A stretch of 64,000 nucleotides of DNA from an uncultured virus (IMG/VR IMGVR_UViG_3300028557_000015) (taxonomy: Duplodnaviria > Heunggongvirae > Uroviricota > Caudoviricetes): the IMG/VR virus record IMGVR_UViG_3300028557_000015, positions 1 through 64,000 of that record; one strand, written 5' to 3'. Positions 35,733-45,994 of this stretch are shown here, piece by piece (the first letter of the stretch is position 1; each line of letters starts with the position of its first letter). The translations under genes and the position numbers were made by a program. The notes beneath the pieces were generated by a model, which searched no databases, had not been told where the DNA came from, and worked only from the letters and a program-made list of their open reading frames with translations.

Positions 35733-37217
35733 TTATGATATAACTTTTACATTATATAGTTTTTCAAATCTATCTGCGTCTTCCCTATTATTAACCATTG
35801 GTTCGCCTCTGATGTTCAATGATGTGTTTAATAACATAGGGCAACCTGTTAATATATACCATTTCTCTAACAGTTCTCTTATTCCAGTGCCATCCTTTGG
35901 CACAGTTTGTACACGACTAGTCCCGTCATGATGAACGATAGCAGGAAATAACTGAGGATGCCTGCAACGAGCGATGACTTGCATATACCTACTGTTACTG
36001 AAGCCACGAGGCATATCAAAGTACATATCAGCATACTCCTCCAGAATGACTGGAGCAAAGGGTCTAAACTTCTGTCTGCGTTTAATTTCATTTACTTTGT
36101 CCTTGATTTCATTTCCTCTTGGGTCTGCAAGTAAGCTTCTATTTCCCAAGGCCCTTGGCCCAAACTCTGCTCGTCCACTAGCGACTCCCACAATTTTGTC
36201 AGTAAGTAAACTATCAAGAATGCGATTAGTAGGATAAGGCCCACTAATATCATAACCGAGAAAAGCGTTAGTCCAGTTAACACGTTTACCATAACCAAGA
36301 CAGGCCGCTCCAAGACTAGAACCAGCATCGCCAGGATTAGGAATAATCCAAATGTTGTCATAATATTCTCCTAATAATCTATTTGCCGAACAGTTTAATG
36401 CTACACCGCCACCATATACTAAGTTTTTACTACCACCTAACATTTTTGCTTTTGATATGACTGATTTAATTAATATTTCTACTACATTTTGTGTTGAACT
36501 AGCAATATCCATTTCATTTTTATCAATTAAAAATTTATCAGGTATTCCTATGTGTAAATTTTCAGCGAAACGAATATCCTCTATGTCTGTAATTAATCCT
36601 GACATTATATCTGTGTGTTTAGGATTACCGTATGCAGCCATACCCATAAGAATATATTCTTCATCTAATGGACGTAAGCCTACGTGCTGTGTCATTGCTG
36701 AATAGAATAACCCAATACTATGTGGATACTTTTGTCCCCATAGTTTTTTGTATTGTGCTACACCGTTCTTATCATACCGTGCATTGTAAATACTAATAGT
36801 ATCAAACTCACCGATAGCGTCAATGACAACTACAGTAGCATCATCGTAGGGACTTGTTTGAAAACCTGCGGCTGCATGACTTAAGTGATGGTTATGCGTA
36901 TATACTTTACCGCCTTGCAATTTATCAATCAATTCTTGACCAATAATATTTTTAACAAACAAATTAGATAATGCAGGCTTTTCACCTGAACGAACTTGCC
37001 TTAGAAACTTCATCCAAGGACGTTCATAATAATGAATCTCAATATCACTTGATGTTGTATAAGATAGTGCATCTTTAACTATGTCATAGCATAAATCTTT
37101 TGTGTGCTTTTCTTTATTATAACGTTCGCTATGTCCGGCAAACAGTATGTTGCCATTATCATCTATAACAGTTAGTGCGGCATCATGAAAGCCACTAGAT
37201 ATACCTACATAGTTCAT
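35733..37217 (-). CDS. carbamoyltransferase (CmcH/NodU/TobZ family)
   Basis: FHDAA, HHLSHAA, DAIGE, GGVALNC, EFGPRALGNRS, FRPFAP, DGTSRVQTV, NTSLN. Confidence 0.95.
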   Translation of the reverse strand: MNYVGISSGFHDAALTVIDDNGNILFAGHSERYNKEKHTKDLCYDIVKDALSYTTSSDIEIHYYERPWMKFLRQVRSGEKPALSNLFVKNIIGQELIDKLQGGKVYTHNHHLSHAAAGFQTSPYDDATVVVIDAIGEFDTISIYNARYDKNGVAQYKKLWGQKYPHSIGLFYSAMTQHVGLRPLDEEYILMGMAAYGNPKHTDIMSGLITDIEDIRFAENLHIGIPDKFLIDKNEMDIASSTQNVVEILIKSVISKAKMLGGSKNLVYGGGVALNCSANRLLGEYYDNIWIIPNPGDAGSSLGAACLGYGKRVNWTNAFLGYDISGPYPTNRILDSLLTDKIVGVASGRAEFGPRALGNRSLLADPRGNEIKDKVNEIKRRQKFRPFAPVILEEYADMYFDMPRGFSNSRYMQVIARCRHPQLFPAIVHHDGTSRVQTVPKDGTGIRELLEKWYILTGCPMLLNTSLNIRGEPMVNNREDADRFEKLYNVKVIS

Positions 37218-38050
37218 TTTATAATATCTTTAATATTATTAAACCAATATTCCTGATGTTTTGGACCAGGGTGCATTTGATCCCTTGCTAAATCACCCAC
37301 ACATTCTGCTGGAGTGTGCCATTGTGGCAATTTAGTTCCATATTTTAAATTCATAATTTCTAAAAAATTAGCAGATTCTTCTTCCCAAGCACCAAAATAT
37401 GTTTCTATGCCCCTGTTATTGGCAACATATTCTGCTAAATATATTTCATTTTTTACAATTTTGTATAGTTCTTCATTGGGTAATGCTTTAAATAGAACAT
37501 GCGTATCAATTCCATATGACACACATAATTGTGATTCATGCCCTGGGATTGCTGATAAATTTTGAACTCTGTTGGATATTTCATTATGTTTTGCTATCTG
37601 CATTCTTGTAAATGTTGGTAATAAAAATATTGCCTTTTTAATTTTAATATGTTTAGAAACAATTAAAAATATGTCAATAATTGTTTTAGCAGATGCCCCC
37701 GCAACTCCAAAATTTGCACAAGACATATTTAACTCTTTAGCTAGTAAATTATGCCATAACATTTCAGTAGGTAGACCCAATCCAAAGGTAAAACTGCAAC
37801 CAAATACTGCTATATCAACTTCGTTGGGAACTTCTTCCATTCTAAAACCCAAATAATTCATTTTGTAATCAAATGGTTGATGTTGCCACTTATCAGCATA
37901 ATTTAGGTCATCCATACTAAAGAAGTCAAATATAGTCACTCCATCTTTTTTGATAGACTGTACTCTTATTTCATTGGCAGTAAAATACCTAACATCTAAA
38001 ATGTCAGTGGAATCTAATAAATTAAGTTGAGCAAAACTATCGAGAATCAT
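37214..38050 (-). CDS. SGNH/GDSL-like protein
   Basis: VFGCSFTFG, NFGVAGAS, ARDQMHPG. Confidence 0.7.
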   Translation of the reverse strand: MILDSFAQLNLLDSTDILDVRYFTANEIRVQSIKKDGVTIFDFFSMDDLNYADKWQHQPFDYKMNYLGFRMEEVPNEVDIAVFGCSFTFGLGLPTEMLWHNLLAKELNMSCANFGVAGASAKTIIDIFLIVSKHIKIKKAIFLLPTFTRMQIAKHNEISNRVQNLSAIPGHESQLCVSYGIDTHVLFKALPNEELYKIVKNEIYLAEYVANNRGIETYFGAWEEESANFLEIMNLKYGTKLPQWHTPAECVGDLARDQMHPGPKHQEYWFNNIKDIIK

Positions 38051-38151
38051 TTGTAAATAAACGGATCTCTTTTGCGTAATTCTTTAATACGCTTGCGATA
38101 GCGTATTTCTGCTCTAATAGTATGATATAAATTTTTAATCCACTTGAACAT
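38047..38151 (-). CDS. 34-aa basic peptide ending RDPFIYK (not in ORF track)
   Basis: MFKWIKNLYHTIRAEIRYRKRIKELRKRDPFIYK; SD GAGGAG; ATGA overlap with the next gene. Confidence 0.75.
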   Translation of the reverse strand: MFKWIKNLYHTIRAEIRYRKRIKELRKRDPFIYK

Positions 38152-39442
38152 AATCTGGCTCCTCTTTGTTAATAGTATTTATTATGTCCACAATCTGTGG
38201 AAATATTGCTTTCCAGTCTCTATTCCTACGTTTGTCTATGTCAGCTAAGAAGTTAGCAAAATCATTAACTTCCTTCTTGTTTGCAGGAGTAGTTAATAGT
38301 TGTTGCTGTATACCCATTAAATGAGTTTGTAATTTTTCTCTTTCAATAGGATCGCTATAATTTTCTAATGCTTTAATTGGTGCATCAATAGAGTGTGCTA
38401 GATATTTTCCAAAGTTGTATGGATTAAATGTTGAGGGTCTAACTACAGTATTCCAATTAATACCAACAGTAGGTTTAATTTTGCGCCATTCATTTGTTTT
38501 CTCTATCAATTGATGCAATGTAGGTAATGTTAATGCAGTAAGCGTTGCATGTATTAATACACCTACACCCGGAGCATTTAACAACGTATTCATATTTTGT
38601 TCCCACTCTGTTAATATCAATCCATCACGTACATATTCAATTTCAGGACCCCAGCAATCAATACTACATACAAACTCCATGCTCTTTAATTTACCCTGGT
38701 CTATTAAGTTTTGCACACGTTGAATCTTTGCTTTAAACTTTTCAGGATCATGTTTTAAATTACTAAATGAGCGATATACTAAATTTGGTCTAGGATGCTT
38801 GTCAAAGAAATCTAAACATTGTTCAAATTCTTTTTGATACAGCGGTTCTCCACCTAATACTTGTAGGATTTGTACATGCTCACTGTTCTTTTCCATCCAT
38901 TCCCAAAACTTTTCTTTGTATAATTCATACTTACTATCGGGACGCCATGTACTATAATCTTCGTTAAACTCGCTAGGTCCAAATTTACGAACCTCTTGTT
39001 CAATCTGACTACTAAAACCCGGGGTACAGTACACACATGATTGATTACAAACGTTGTTGAAATAAACTTCAAGTAGTGTGGGGCTAACTTTTAATGGAAT
39101 ATTTTCAAACTCATATGCACGTTGCACATATCCTTCAAACTCGGGCGGTAATAATTCGATAGATTCGTTAACAAATCCTGTTCTATCACTCTTACCACCA
39201 GTCTTTTCAATATCCCTGCAGTATTCACATCCGTTACCTGGCCATTCCCCGCTAGCCATTTTTTCTCTATCAGCAAGTTTACCATGATGGTTGTGAAAAT
39301 CCATAAAGTTATCTTCAGTTAATCTCCAATGACGGCCTCGGTGACAGCTTGATGTAGTACCTCTACTTAAAAATAATGTACTCCACGACCATTTGTATAA
39401 GCAAGCGGCATCATTTTGTATAGGGAATGTTTTTTTTATCAT
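38135..39442 (-). CDS. radical SAM protein, N-terminal Cys domain (subfamily A)
   Basis: CNQSCVYC, GGEP; N-terminal CLYKW..SCHR..CEYC. Confidence 0.9.
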   Translation of the reverse strand: MIKKTFPIQNDAACLYKWSWSTLFLSRGTTSSCHRGRHWRLTEDNFMDFHNHHGKLADREKMASGEWPGNGCEYCRDIEKTGGKSDRTGFVNESIELLPPEFEGYVQRAYEFENIPLKVSPTLLEVYFNNVCNQSCVYCTPGFSSQIEQEVRKFGPSEFNEDYSTWRPDSKYELYKEKFWEWMEKNSEHVQILQVLGGEPLYQKEFEQCLDFFDKHPRPNLVYRSFSNLKHDPEKFKAKIQRVQNLIDQGKLKSMEFVCSIDCWGPEIEYVRDGLILTEWEQNMNTLLNAPGVGVLIHATLTALTLPTLHQLIEKTNEWRKIKPTVGINWNTVVRPSTFNPYNFGKYLAHSIDAPIKALENYSDPIEREKLQTHLMGIQQQLLTTPANKKEVNDFANFLADIDKRRNRDWKAIFPQIVDIINTINKEEPDYVQVD

Positions 39443-39450
39443 ACAGCTAT

Positions 39451-40197
39451 TTATAGAAGGCGTTGCATCAGGGGGATTATTTCTTTTTCAAAATAAATTA
39501 AATGGCCCTTATCATTTACATGATGATCGGGTGCGTAACAAGTTTTATTAATATCATAATCTTCACATCCAGAAAAATCATATTTAGAAATATGTGGTAT
39601 TTGTAATTTACTAATACATACAAGTTTTTGTAAAAATGTATTCGGGTAGGCTTGAATTGGAAGATTCCATATAAATTTTAAATTATGTATTGTTGCAAAT
39701 CCATATGTTGCTAATAATGAAGTTAATGAAAGATTATACCCAATATCATCGTTAAACAAATGTGTTATATACATTTTTTTAGCCATATTATATGGTATTT
39801 TATTTTCCATTTGAGAATGATGGTCCCATCCCATTGCCCACGGTGTTGCAACCTCAGGCCTAGATCCTGAGGCAATTTCTATTCTATCAAAGAAAGTGCC
39901 ATTATATATAATAATATCATTTTCACTTAGTGGATGTTCATTATGGTATTCTATTAAATTACGAAATAGTCCTTGACTACAATTTGCAGGTTTTCCTAAA
40001 TTTGTTACTTCTATATCACTAAATTGATGTTGTAACAAAGATGCCCAGCAATGTGAGCTAGGAATATTTTTTTTAAAAGGAGTCTCGTTACCTATAAAAG
40101 TTTTAGTAGAATTGTCATATTGAAATTCTCGGTCTGAACAACCGTGACCAAAAGTATAACTATCTCCTAAAACAATCACTCTATTAATTGTATTCAT
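39451..40197 (-). CDS. SGNH/GDSL-like protein
   Basis: VLGDSYTFG, NLGKP, PDHHVNDKGH. Confidence 0.7.
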   Translation of the reverse strand: MNTINRVIVLGDSYTFGHGCSDREFQYDNSTKTFIGNETPFKKNIPSSHCWASLLQHQFSDIEVTNLGKPANCSQGLFRNLIEYHNEHPLSENDIIIYNGTFFDRIEIASGSRPEVATPWAMGWDHHSQMENKIPYNMAKKMYITHLFNDDIGYNLSLTSLLATYGFATIHNLKFIWNLPIQAYPNTFLQKLVCISKLQIPHISKYDFSGCEDYDINKTCYAPDHHVNDKGHLIYFEKEIIPLMQRLL

Positions 40198-40925
40198 TCA
40201 TATCTCTCAGTAATTTCTTTGTTATACTGAAATTCAGTGTGTTTATACAAATCAATAATATTTTTATCTTTACTAAGTAATGATTTAAATATAACCCCGG
40301 ACAATATTGAATTGTTTTCTTTGGAAAGATGGCACCATCTATTATCTACATCACCCATTGTTGGTAATTCTTTTTTACTTACATTGAACAAATTATACAA
40401 ACAATCTCCCTGTCTTGACTCTAACGATATGGTAGTATTTTTATCTTTTCTATCATCAAATGTAAGTAAATTGACAAGTTTGATATTATTACCGTAACAC
40501 ATCATGTTTACGTCATTGAATATTTGTTGTTTTACCCAAACATCAAAAGGTATTGAAATATTGGGTATATGTCCGGTTAATATTCTAACCATTTCTAATT
40601 CTTGTTGCCTAGATAAATTTTTATTCCTTCTTAATGCATACAATTCATCCGGTGTTGTTAAAAAACTCAAATCCTCAAGTCCCTCAGGCAAATGATGTAT
40701 TCTATGCAATGATGAGTAGCAAAATATAATATGGTCAAACTGTTCTCGGTGAGCTAAAAATTGCTGAAAAGAGTACCAGGTAGAGGATCCTGTTTTTCCA
40801 TACGTAACTACTTTATGTCCAGCGTTTTCCATATCTGCAATCCAAGATTCATCTTCCTTAAAGGGACTTTCTGGATTGTAGGGATTTCTATCTGCAAAAC
40901 TATCTCCGAATATACCTATTTTCAT
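40194..40925 (-). CDS. SGNH/GDSL-like protein
   Basis: IFGDSFA, GKTGSS, RWCHLS. Confidence 0.65.
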   Translation of the reverse strand: MKIGIFGDSFADRNPYNPESPFKEDESWIADMENAGHKVVTYGKTGSSTWYSFQQFLAHREQFDHIIFCYSSLHRIHHLPEGLEDLSFLTTPDELYALRRNKNLSRQQELEMVRILTGHIPNISIPFDVWVKQQIFNDVNMMCYGNNIKLVNLLTFDDRKDKNTTISLESRQGDCLYNLFNVSKKELPTMGDVDNRWCHLSKENNSILSGVIFKSLLSKDKNIIDLYKHTEFQYNKEITERYE

Positions 40926-42094
40926 TTGTTTACCTCTATCATTTTTGTGCTGTATAGTTTATCCATAGCAGACTTGTGTCCACATGTTTCTAAACAATAT
41001 AATAATTTACCATTCTCAATCGTATCTGCTTTCCATCCATCTAAGAAAAACTTACTAAAGTCAGGACCTTGAATAATATCAAGCATTGATTGATTCTTTA
41101 AATTGAATACTTCTAATCCATAATCATTAATCATTTTGTTAAATTGATAACGTGAGTATGAACTATGAAATTGACCAAACACACCACCCAAGAAACAACA
41201 CGGGAGCATATATCCATTTGCTGAAATGTATATTTCTTTTGACTCAGAGTGTTCGATAGATTTACAAACTATCTTAGAATTCTTTTCTAACTCTTTACTG
41301 AATTCAGGTAAGATAGGAATAGTTAGTCTGTTCATATAACTAAAATCAACTTTTTTACCAAACAAAGGTTCTTTTCTGTGTCCGGTATACTTAGTAGGCC
41401 AAATTGTGTATTCATAGTCACCGTCTTTACCATAGACGTTCATACCACTTAGTGAATCTTCATACTCTCCGAATCCTAACGGGTTCTTAACAATGAATTC
41501 AAATCCTAACTCTTTTGCAATTGTTCTTGCTTCTTCAACTTGATGCTCATTGTGTTCAAATAATAACCATTCCCATACAGCAAATGCACCGGTCGCACTG
41601 TATGCCCTCATATTTCTGATTAGTTTATCCCATATAACACCTCTTCGGTATATGTGATTAGTATCTTCTAATCCATCTACACTAAACACAACTCCGGCTT
41701 TACTAAACAAATGATTGTCCCTAGGCGGAGGTTGTTTCACAAAGAATTCACCTAATGTTGTCCAAAACTTTTCATTACGCATACCACTATTAGTTCTAAG
41801 TTGCTGTACTATCTTAGGTGAATGTTCTCTAAAATATTCTAATATAGGAATTAAGTCTGGTGCCATGCCTGGATCACCGACGTTTCCACAAAAGTTAATG
41901 CCTATTAAATTCTTTGCTATTTCCACTGGAACCATACGTTTAATATCACTCAATGACAAGTCAGTTAGTTCCAAACCATCTGCAATAGGACCGCCTGAAT
42001 AGTTTCTACTACATGCAGGACAACTAGCATTGCATCTACTAGACAATTCTATGTGCAATCTTTTAACGTTTTTAACTTCGTACATTCGTTCCAT
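40922..42094 (-). CDS. radical SAM protein with C-terminal SPASM/Twitch-like domain (subfamily C)
   Basis: CNASCPAC, CGNVGDP, SVDGL; C-terminal C..YISANG...PCC..CLETC. Confidence 0.9.
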   Translation of the reverse strand: MERMYEVKNVKRLHIELSSRCNASCPACSRNYSGGPIADGLELTDLSLSDIKRMVPVEIAKNLIGINFCGNVGDPGMAPDLIPILEYFREHSPKIVQQLRTNSGMRNEKFWTTLGEFFVKQPPPRDNHLFSKAGVVFSVDGLEDTNHIYRRGVIWDKLIRNMRAYSATGAFAVWEWLLFEHNEHQVEEARTIAKELGFEFIVKNPLGFGEYEDSLSGMNVYGKDGDYEYTIWPTKYTGHRKEPLFGKKVDFSYMNRLTIPILPEFSKELEKNSKIVCKSIEHSESKEIYISANGYMLPCCFLGGVFGQFHSSYSRYQFNKMINDYGLEVFNLKNQSMLDIIQGPDFSKFFLDGWKADTIENGKLLYCLETCGHKSAMDKLYSTKMIEVNK

Positions 42095-43347
42095 TATCTT
42101 AATCCTATATATTTTGCTAAATTGTCTGGTTTGTTTCTACGCTGTGTATATTGTTCAAAGAATATATCACTGTCTTTACGTAGTTGCGGTTGGGTTTCTT
42201 TAATGAAGCCCTCGTCTAAAAACTTAAGTAATCTAGCACAATGTTCATGTTCTACTGGTAACAACTCATCTTTAATTGACTCGTAAAACTTTGTATACTT
42301 CTTAATGTAAAAGTCACGTTCTTCACGTGTTAGACAAGCAAAGCCTTGGAAGTCTGGCTTATCAACCATGTTGATTGAGATGTAAGGTTTTACTTTAGAA
42401 CGATTGCGTATAGCAATGATGTCCAAATACATTTGGTCAAGTGATTGTAACGCAATTGCACTTACTGTTGTACTTACACTAAACTCTCTGACCGTACTGT
42501 TTGCTAATCGTTCGATATTCTCTAACCACTCAGTGTATAGCATACCCTCACGAATGAATTCTGCTGTCTCACCGGCACTTTCATTACTGATGTTCATCCG
42601 CAAGTTAGTTAATCCACTAATCTTGTCAAAGAATCTATCCATGATTACTGGCTTCTGGCAGAGGTTGCTGTGTATCACGCATTCAATGTTCGGGTTTATC
42701 TCTGTCATCATTTCAAATACACGAAAGACTTCTTCGTGCATCAGTGGTTCTCCACCAGAGACACGGATAGATTCTAAACTAGTAGCAACACTCTCAAACC
42801 ATTCCCAGAACAATGTCATGTCAGGTGGGTCTATCATCTCATTGAGTTCGTTGATATCTTTTTGATAATGTCTGCGGTCATCAGTAATGATGCCTTTATA
42901 AACACCATTTACTCTGATATCATTAGTCCAGCTTGTACTAAACTGTGGACTACAATAGCTACATGCCAAGTTGCATGTATTCTGAAAAGCTAACTCTAAT
43001 GCTTTGGGCTTGAATACATAGTTAGGGTTCTTATAATCTTCTGCTGATAAGTGATCCTTAAAGCTTAGACTCTTACGTGTTCTGTCGCTACGTAATCCTA
43101 GATTCTCATAACGCCAGCAACTATCACATGCAGGTGGTTGTTCTCCTGCTAACATTTTCTTTTGTTGTTCACGTTTTTCCGCAGGATTATAGAATGTATC
43201 TACTGTATTGCCTACTTGAATAAAAGGAGTGTAATGGCAACTGGCAATCTTACCGGAGTAAACCCAGATACTTGCCTCATGAAATTTTGCAAGACAAAAC
43301 GTATCGCTTGTCTCATCTCTTATCTTAAATAGTTTCTTCTCGTCCAT
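42094..43347 (-). CDS. radical SAM protein (subfamily A)
   Basis: CNLACSYC, SGGEP; N-terminal CLAKF..SCHY..CDSC. Confidence 0.9.
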   Translation of the reverse strand: MDEKKLFKIRDETSDTFCLAKFHEASIWVYSGKIASCHYTPFIQVGNTVDTFYNPAEKREQQKKMLAGEQPPACDSCWRYENLGLRSDRTRKSLSFKDHLSAEDYKNPNYVFKPKALELAFQNTCNLACSYCSPQFSTSWTNDIRVNGVYKGIITDDRRHYQKDINELNEMIDPPDMTLFWEWFESVATSLESIRVSGGEPLMHEEVFRVFEMMTEINPNIECVIHSNLCQKPVIMDRFFDKISGLTNLRMNISNESAGETAEFIREGMLYTEWLENIERLANSTVREFSVSTTVSAIALQSLDQMYLDIIAIRNRSKVKPYISINMVDKPDFQGFACLTREERDFYIKKYTKFYESIKDELLPVEHEHCARLLKFLDEGFIKETQPQLRKDSDIFFEQYTQRRNKPDNLAKYIGLR

Positions 43348-44675
43348 TATTTTTTGGATTTGCTATAATCAAATTCAACATTCAATTCATTGTGTATCAA
43401 ATAATTCTTTATGTTTATGTGTTCTGGATACACCTTAAAGAAATTTTGGTCACGAATTTCATCTAGCTTAGTAGTAATTTTACTAAATTCTTTCAAACTC
43501 TCATCAATTCCATTATAATATTGACCATTTTCATCCCACATGAATTTAATTGCAGTTTCATACATACTTATGATTCCGAACGTCGGGTCTAAAGATTTTA
43601 ACCAGTCAATGTTTTTTTGCAATGCTACTTCAATCTCAGTTTTCTTCCAGTTTGGGATATTTTTTAAACAATAGTATGGTGGAGTATCTAATGGATTGAC
43701 CATCATATGTTCAGGTTTTAGATAACCTAAGTCTGACCATTCTCTATGAAACTCTACCAAGTTAAAAGCATTAGGCCAACTTAGTGTGTATGAAATCATA
43801 AAATGTACGTGCGGACATTCTTCCATCATTTGTTTACGGTTCTCTACAACTTGTTTCCAATCTATACCATTACGCCAGTACTCACCCTTTTCGTGGCTAC
43901 CATCTAAGCTAGCATATACGTGTACGTTGCTGAACTTTTTCCAATACTCTAATACATTGTCGTATTTTTTTAGTTTAAAATTACTGAAGTTTGTATTGTA
44001 GCGAATCTCTAAATCGGTGTTTCCAAATTCAATTAATTTTTCAAGAACTTCATAATGTTCTTTTTGCATCAATGGCTCACCACCTGCAAAGTAAATCATC
44101 TTTGCTGTTGCAAGGTGAGGAATAATTTCTTCTAATGCTTGACCTTCAGTTTTACCCGGGAACTGATAACCGTCATCTTTATCTCGTCTTTCAGCTAAGT
44201 TGTATAACTTACGATGATCCATTACCCAACTTGTACTAAAATGAGGGGCACAACTGCGGCAACTTAAATTACATAGATTATTATACCTAACATCAATATA
44301 GTATAGTTTGTGTTCGTCTAGTGATCCGTCTATATTAGTGCTTGCTACAATTTTTTGAATTTCTTCATCAGTGTCAAAGAACATTCTATTATATTCATTC
44401 TTATGTGCATGTCCTAATTCTGCACGACGGTTACATATACTACAACTTGGTTCTTCTATTCCATTTAAGAAATTTAGTCGCATTTGCTTTGTTTTATCGT
44501 TATTCCAAATCTCTGCTAATGTGTTTTCTTTAAGACTACCAATTTCGTCTTTGTTATCATAAACACAGCAAGGTTTAACGTCACCGGGAGGGCCTACGTA
44601 TTGTTGTATCCACGGAAAGATGCAAAACGTTTTACTACTCTTTGCCATTTCAACTGGGTTAAAGTTATTACTCAT
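43347..44675 (-). CDS. radical SAM protein (subfamily B)
   Basis: CNLSCRSC, AGGEP, YNTN; N-terminal CIFPW..PCC..CSIC. Confidence 0.92.
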   Translation of the reverse strand: MSNNFNPVEMAKSSKTFCIFPWIQQYVGPPGDVKPCCVYDNKDEIGSLKENTLAEIWNNDKTKQMRLNFLNGIEEPSCSICNRRAELGHAHKNEYNRMFFDTDEEIQKIVASTNIDGSLDEHKLYYIDVRYNNLCNLSCRSCAPHFSTSWVMDHRKLYNLAERRDKDDGYQFPGKTEGQALEEIIPHLATAKMIYFAGGEPLMQKEHYEVLEKLIEFGNTDLEIRYNTNFSNFKLKKYDNVLEYWKKFSNVHVYASLDGSHEKGEYWRNGIDWKQVVENRKQMMEECPHVHFMISYTLSWPNAFNLVEFHREWSDLGYLKPEHMMVNPLDTPPYYCLKNIPNWKKTEIEVALQKNIDWLKSLDPTFGIISMYETAIKFMWDENGQYYNGIDESLKEFSKITTKLDEIRDQNFFKVYPEHINIKNYLIHNELNVEFDYSKSKK

Positions 44676-45984
44676 TTGTTAAATATTCTTTAAATTTTGA
44701 ATCTAAGTAAGGAAATACCTCACCAAATTGTTCTTTTCTTATATCATCAAGTAAGTTTGTCTCTACATAAAATTTTGATAGGTGGTTACTCTCATCTTCG
44801 CTGTTCATAAACAGTATTGCATCTTTCCAATGTGCGATAGTAACATCATAATTAAAATCATGTTCTTGCGTTTCTGCTAACCATTCCATGTGTTTATTAA
44901 TCTTTTCAGTAACTTCTAATTTTACGTTTGGTGGCAAAATTTTAGTTCGTAATTGAGGTGGGGAATGCAACGTGTTTAAATAAAATCCAAAAGTTTTACC
45001 ATCTGGTCTTTTAAATACATCACTTTCACACATGTATCTATGTAAATCAACTGATCCGTAACAATTTAACAAACTGAATACTGCACTAATACCATAGTCA
45101 GCCTTGGGTAAATATTTTTTAGCAGTTTCTATCCATTTTTTAGCAAGTTCCCAGTCAAAGCCTTTACGTATATATTCTCCTTCAGTACCCATAGCATCAA
45201 TACTACCCACAATAAACACATTATCAAAATGCTGTAGCATTTCAAACGCATTATAGTCTTTTAAAGTGTACACTGTAAGATTAGTGTTATATCGTATTTT
45301 TGTCTGTGTTTTGCCACGTTCAACCAATAATTTTAAAAACAAATAATGTTCTTCTTGCATCATTGGTTCACCACCACTGAAATGTATTTCTGTGTAGGGA
45401 TCAATCATATCAATAAGATAGTCTAAATCATCCTGCATGTGTAATACACCATCATTGGTTATCAATGATGTTGGATTAATCTGATATCTACCTAACTTAA
45501 TTTGATCCGGTATCCAGCCCGTGCTCAATCCGGGACCACATGACCTGCATTTCAAATTACATAGATTATTAAAAATCAAGTCAATAGTAGCTAGTTTAAT
45601 ATTGTCAACTGACCCATCATCGTTAGTATAGGTAATAATATCTTTTAGCTTATTATAGCCATTTTGATTTGTATAGTCAGGGAAGTCAGAGTATCGCTCG
45701 TTAAATCTTTGTCGCATACTAGTCGATCCTGAATCTTCTTCTTTCCAACAACGGGTACAAGCCTCTGGCTTTTTACCATCTAAAAAATCTTTTCTAAGTT
45801 GATTCCATTTTTTACTATTAAATATGTCAACCAGTTTTTCTTTATTCCAATTGCCTAAATCATGCTTTGCATCAAAGCTGTAATAACAGCAAGGAAACAC
45901 TTTACCATTTGGCTCAGTGTGAATTTGTAACCAGGGTACACTACAAAAATGTTCCGATAAATCTTCAATTTTTTTATCTAACAT
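44668..45984 (-). CDS. radical SAM protein (subfamily B)
   Basis: CNLKCRSC, SGGEP; N-terminal CSVPW..PCC..CTRC. Confidence 0.92.
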   Translation of the reverse strand: MLDKKIEDLSEHFCSVPWLQIHTEPNGKVFPCCYYSFDAKHDLGNWNKEKLVDIFNSKKWNQLRKDFLDGKKPEACTRCWKEEDSGSTSMRQRFNERYSDFPDYTNQNGYNKLKDIITYTNDDGSVDNIKLATIDLIFNNLCNLKCRSCGPGLSTGWIPDQIKLGRYQINPTSLITNDGVLHMQDDLDYLIDMIDPYTEIHFSGGEPMMQEEHYLFLKLLVERGKTQTKIRYNTNLTVYTLKDYNAFEMLQHFDNVFIVGSIDAMGTEGEYIRKGFDWELAKKWIETAKKYLPKADYGISAVFSLLNCYGSVDLHRYMCESDVFKRPDGKTFGFYLNTLHSPPQLRTKILPPNVKLEVTEKINKHMEWLAETQEHDFNYDVTIAHWKDAILFMNSEDESNHLSKFYVETNLLDDIRKEQFGEVFPYLDSKFKEYLTNE

Positions 45985-45994
45985 TATTATCCCA

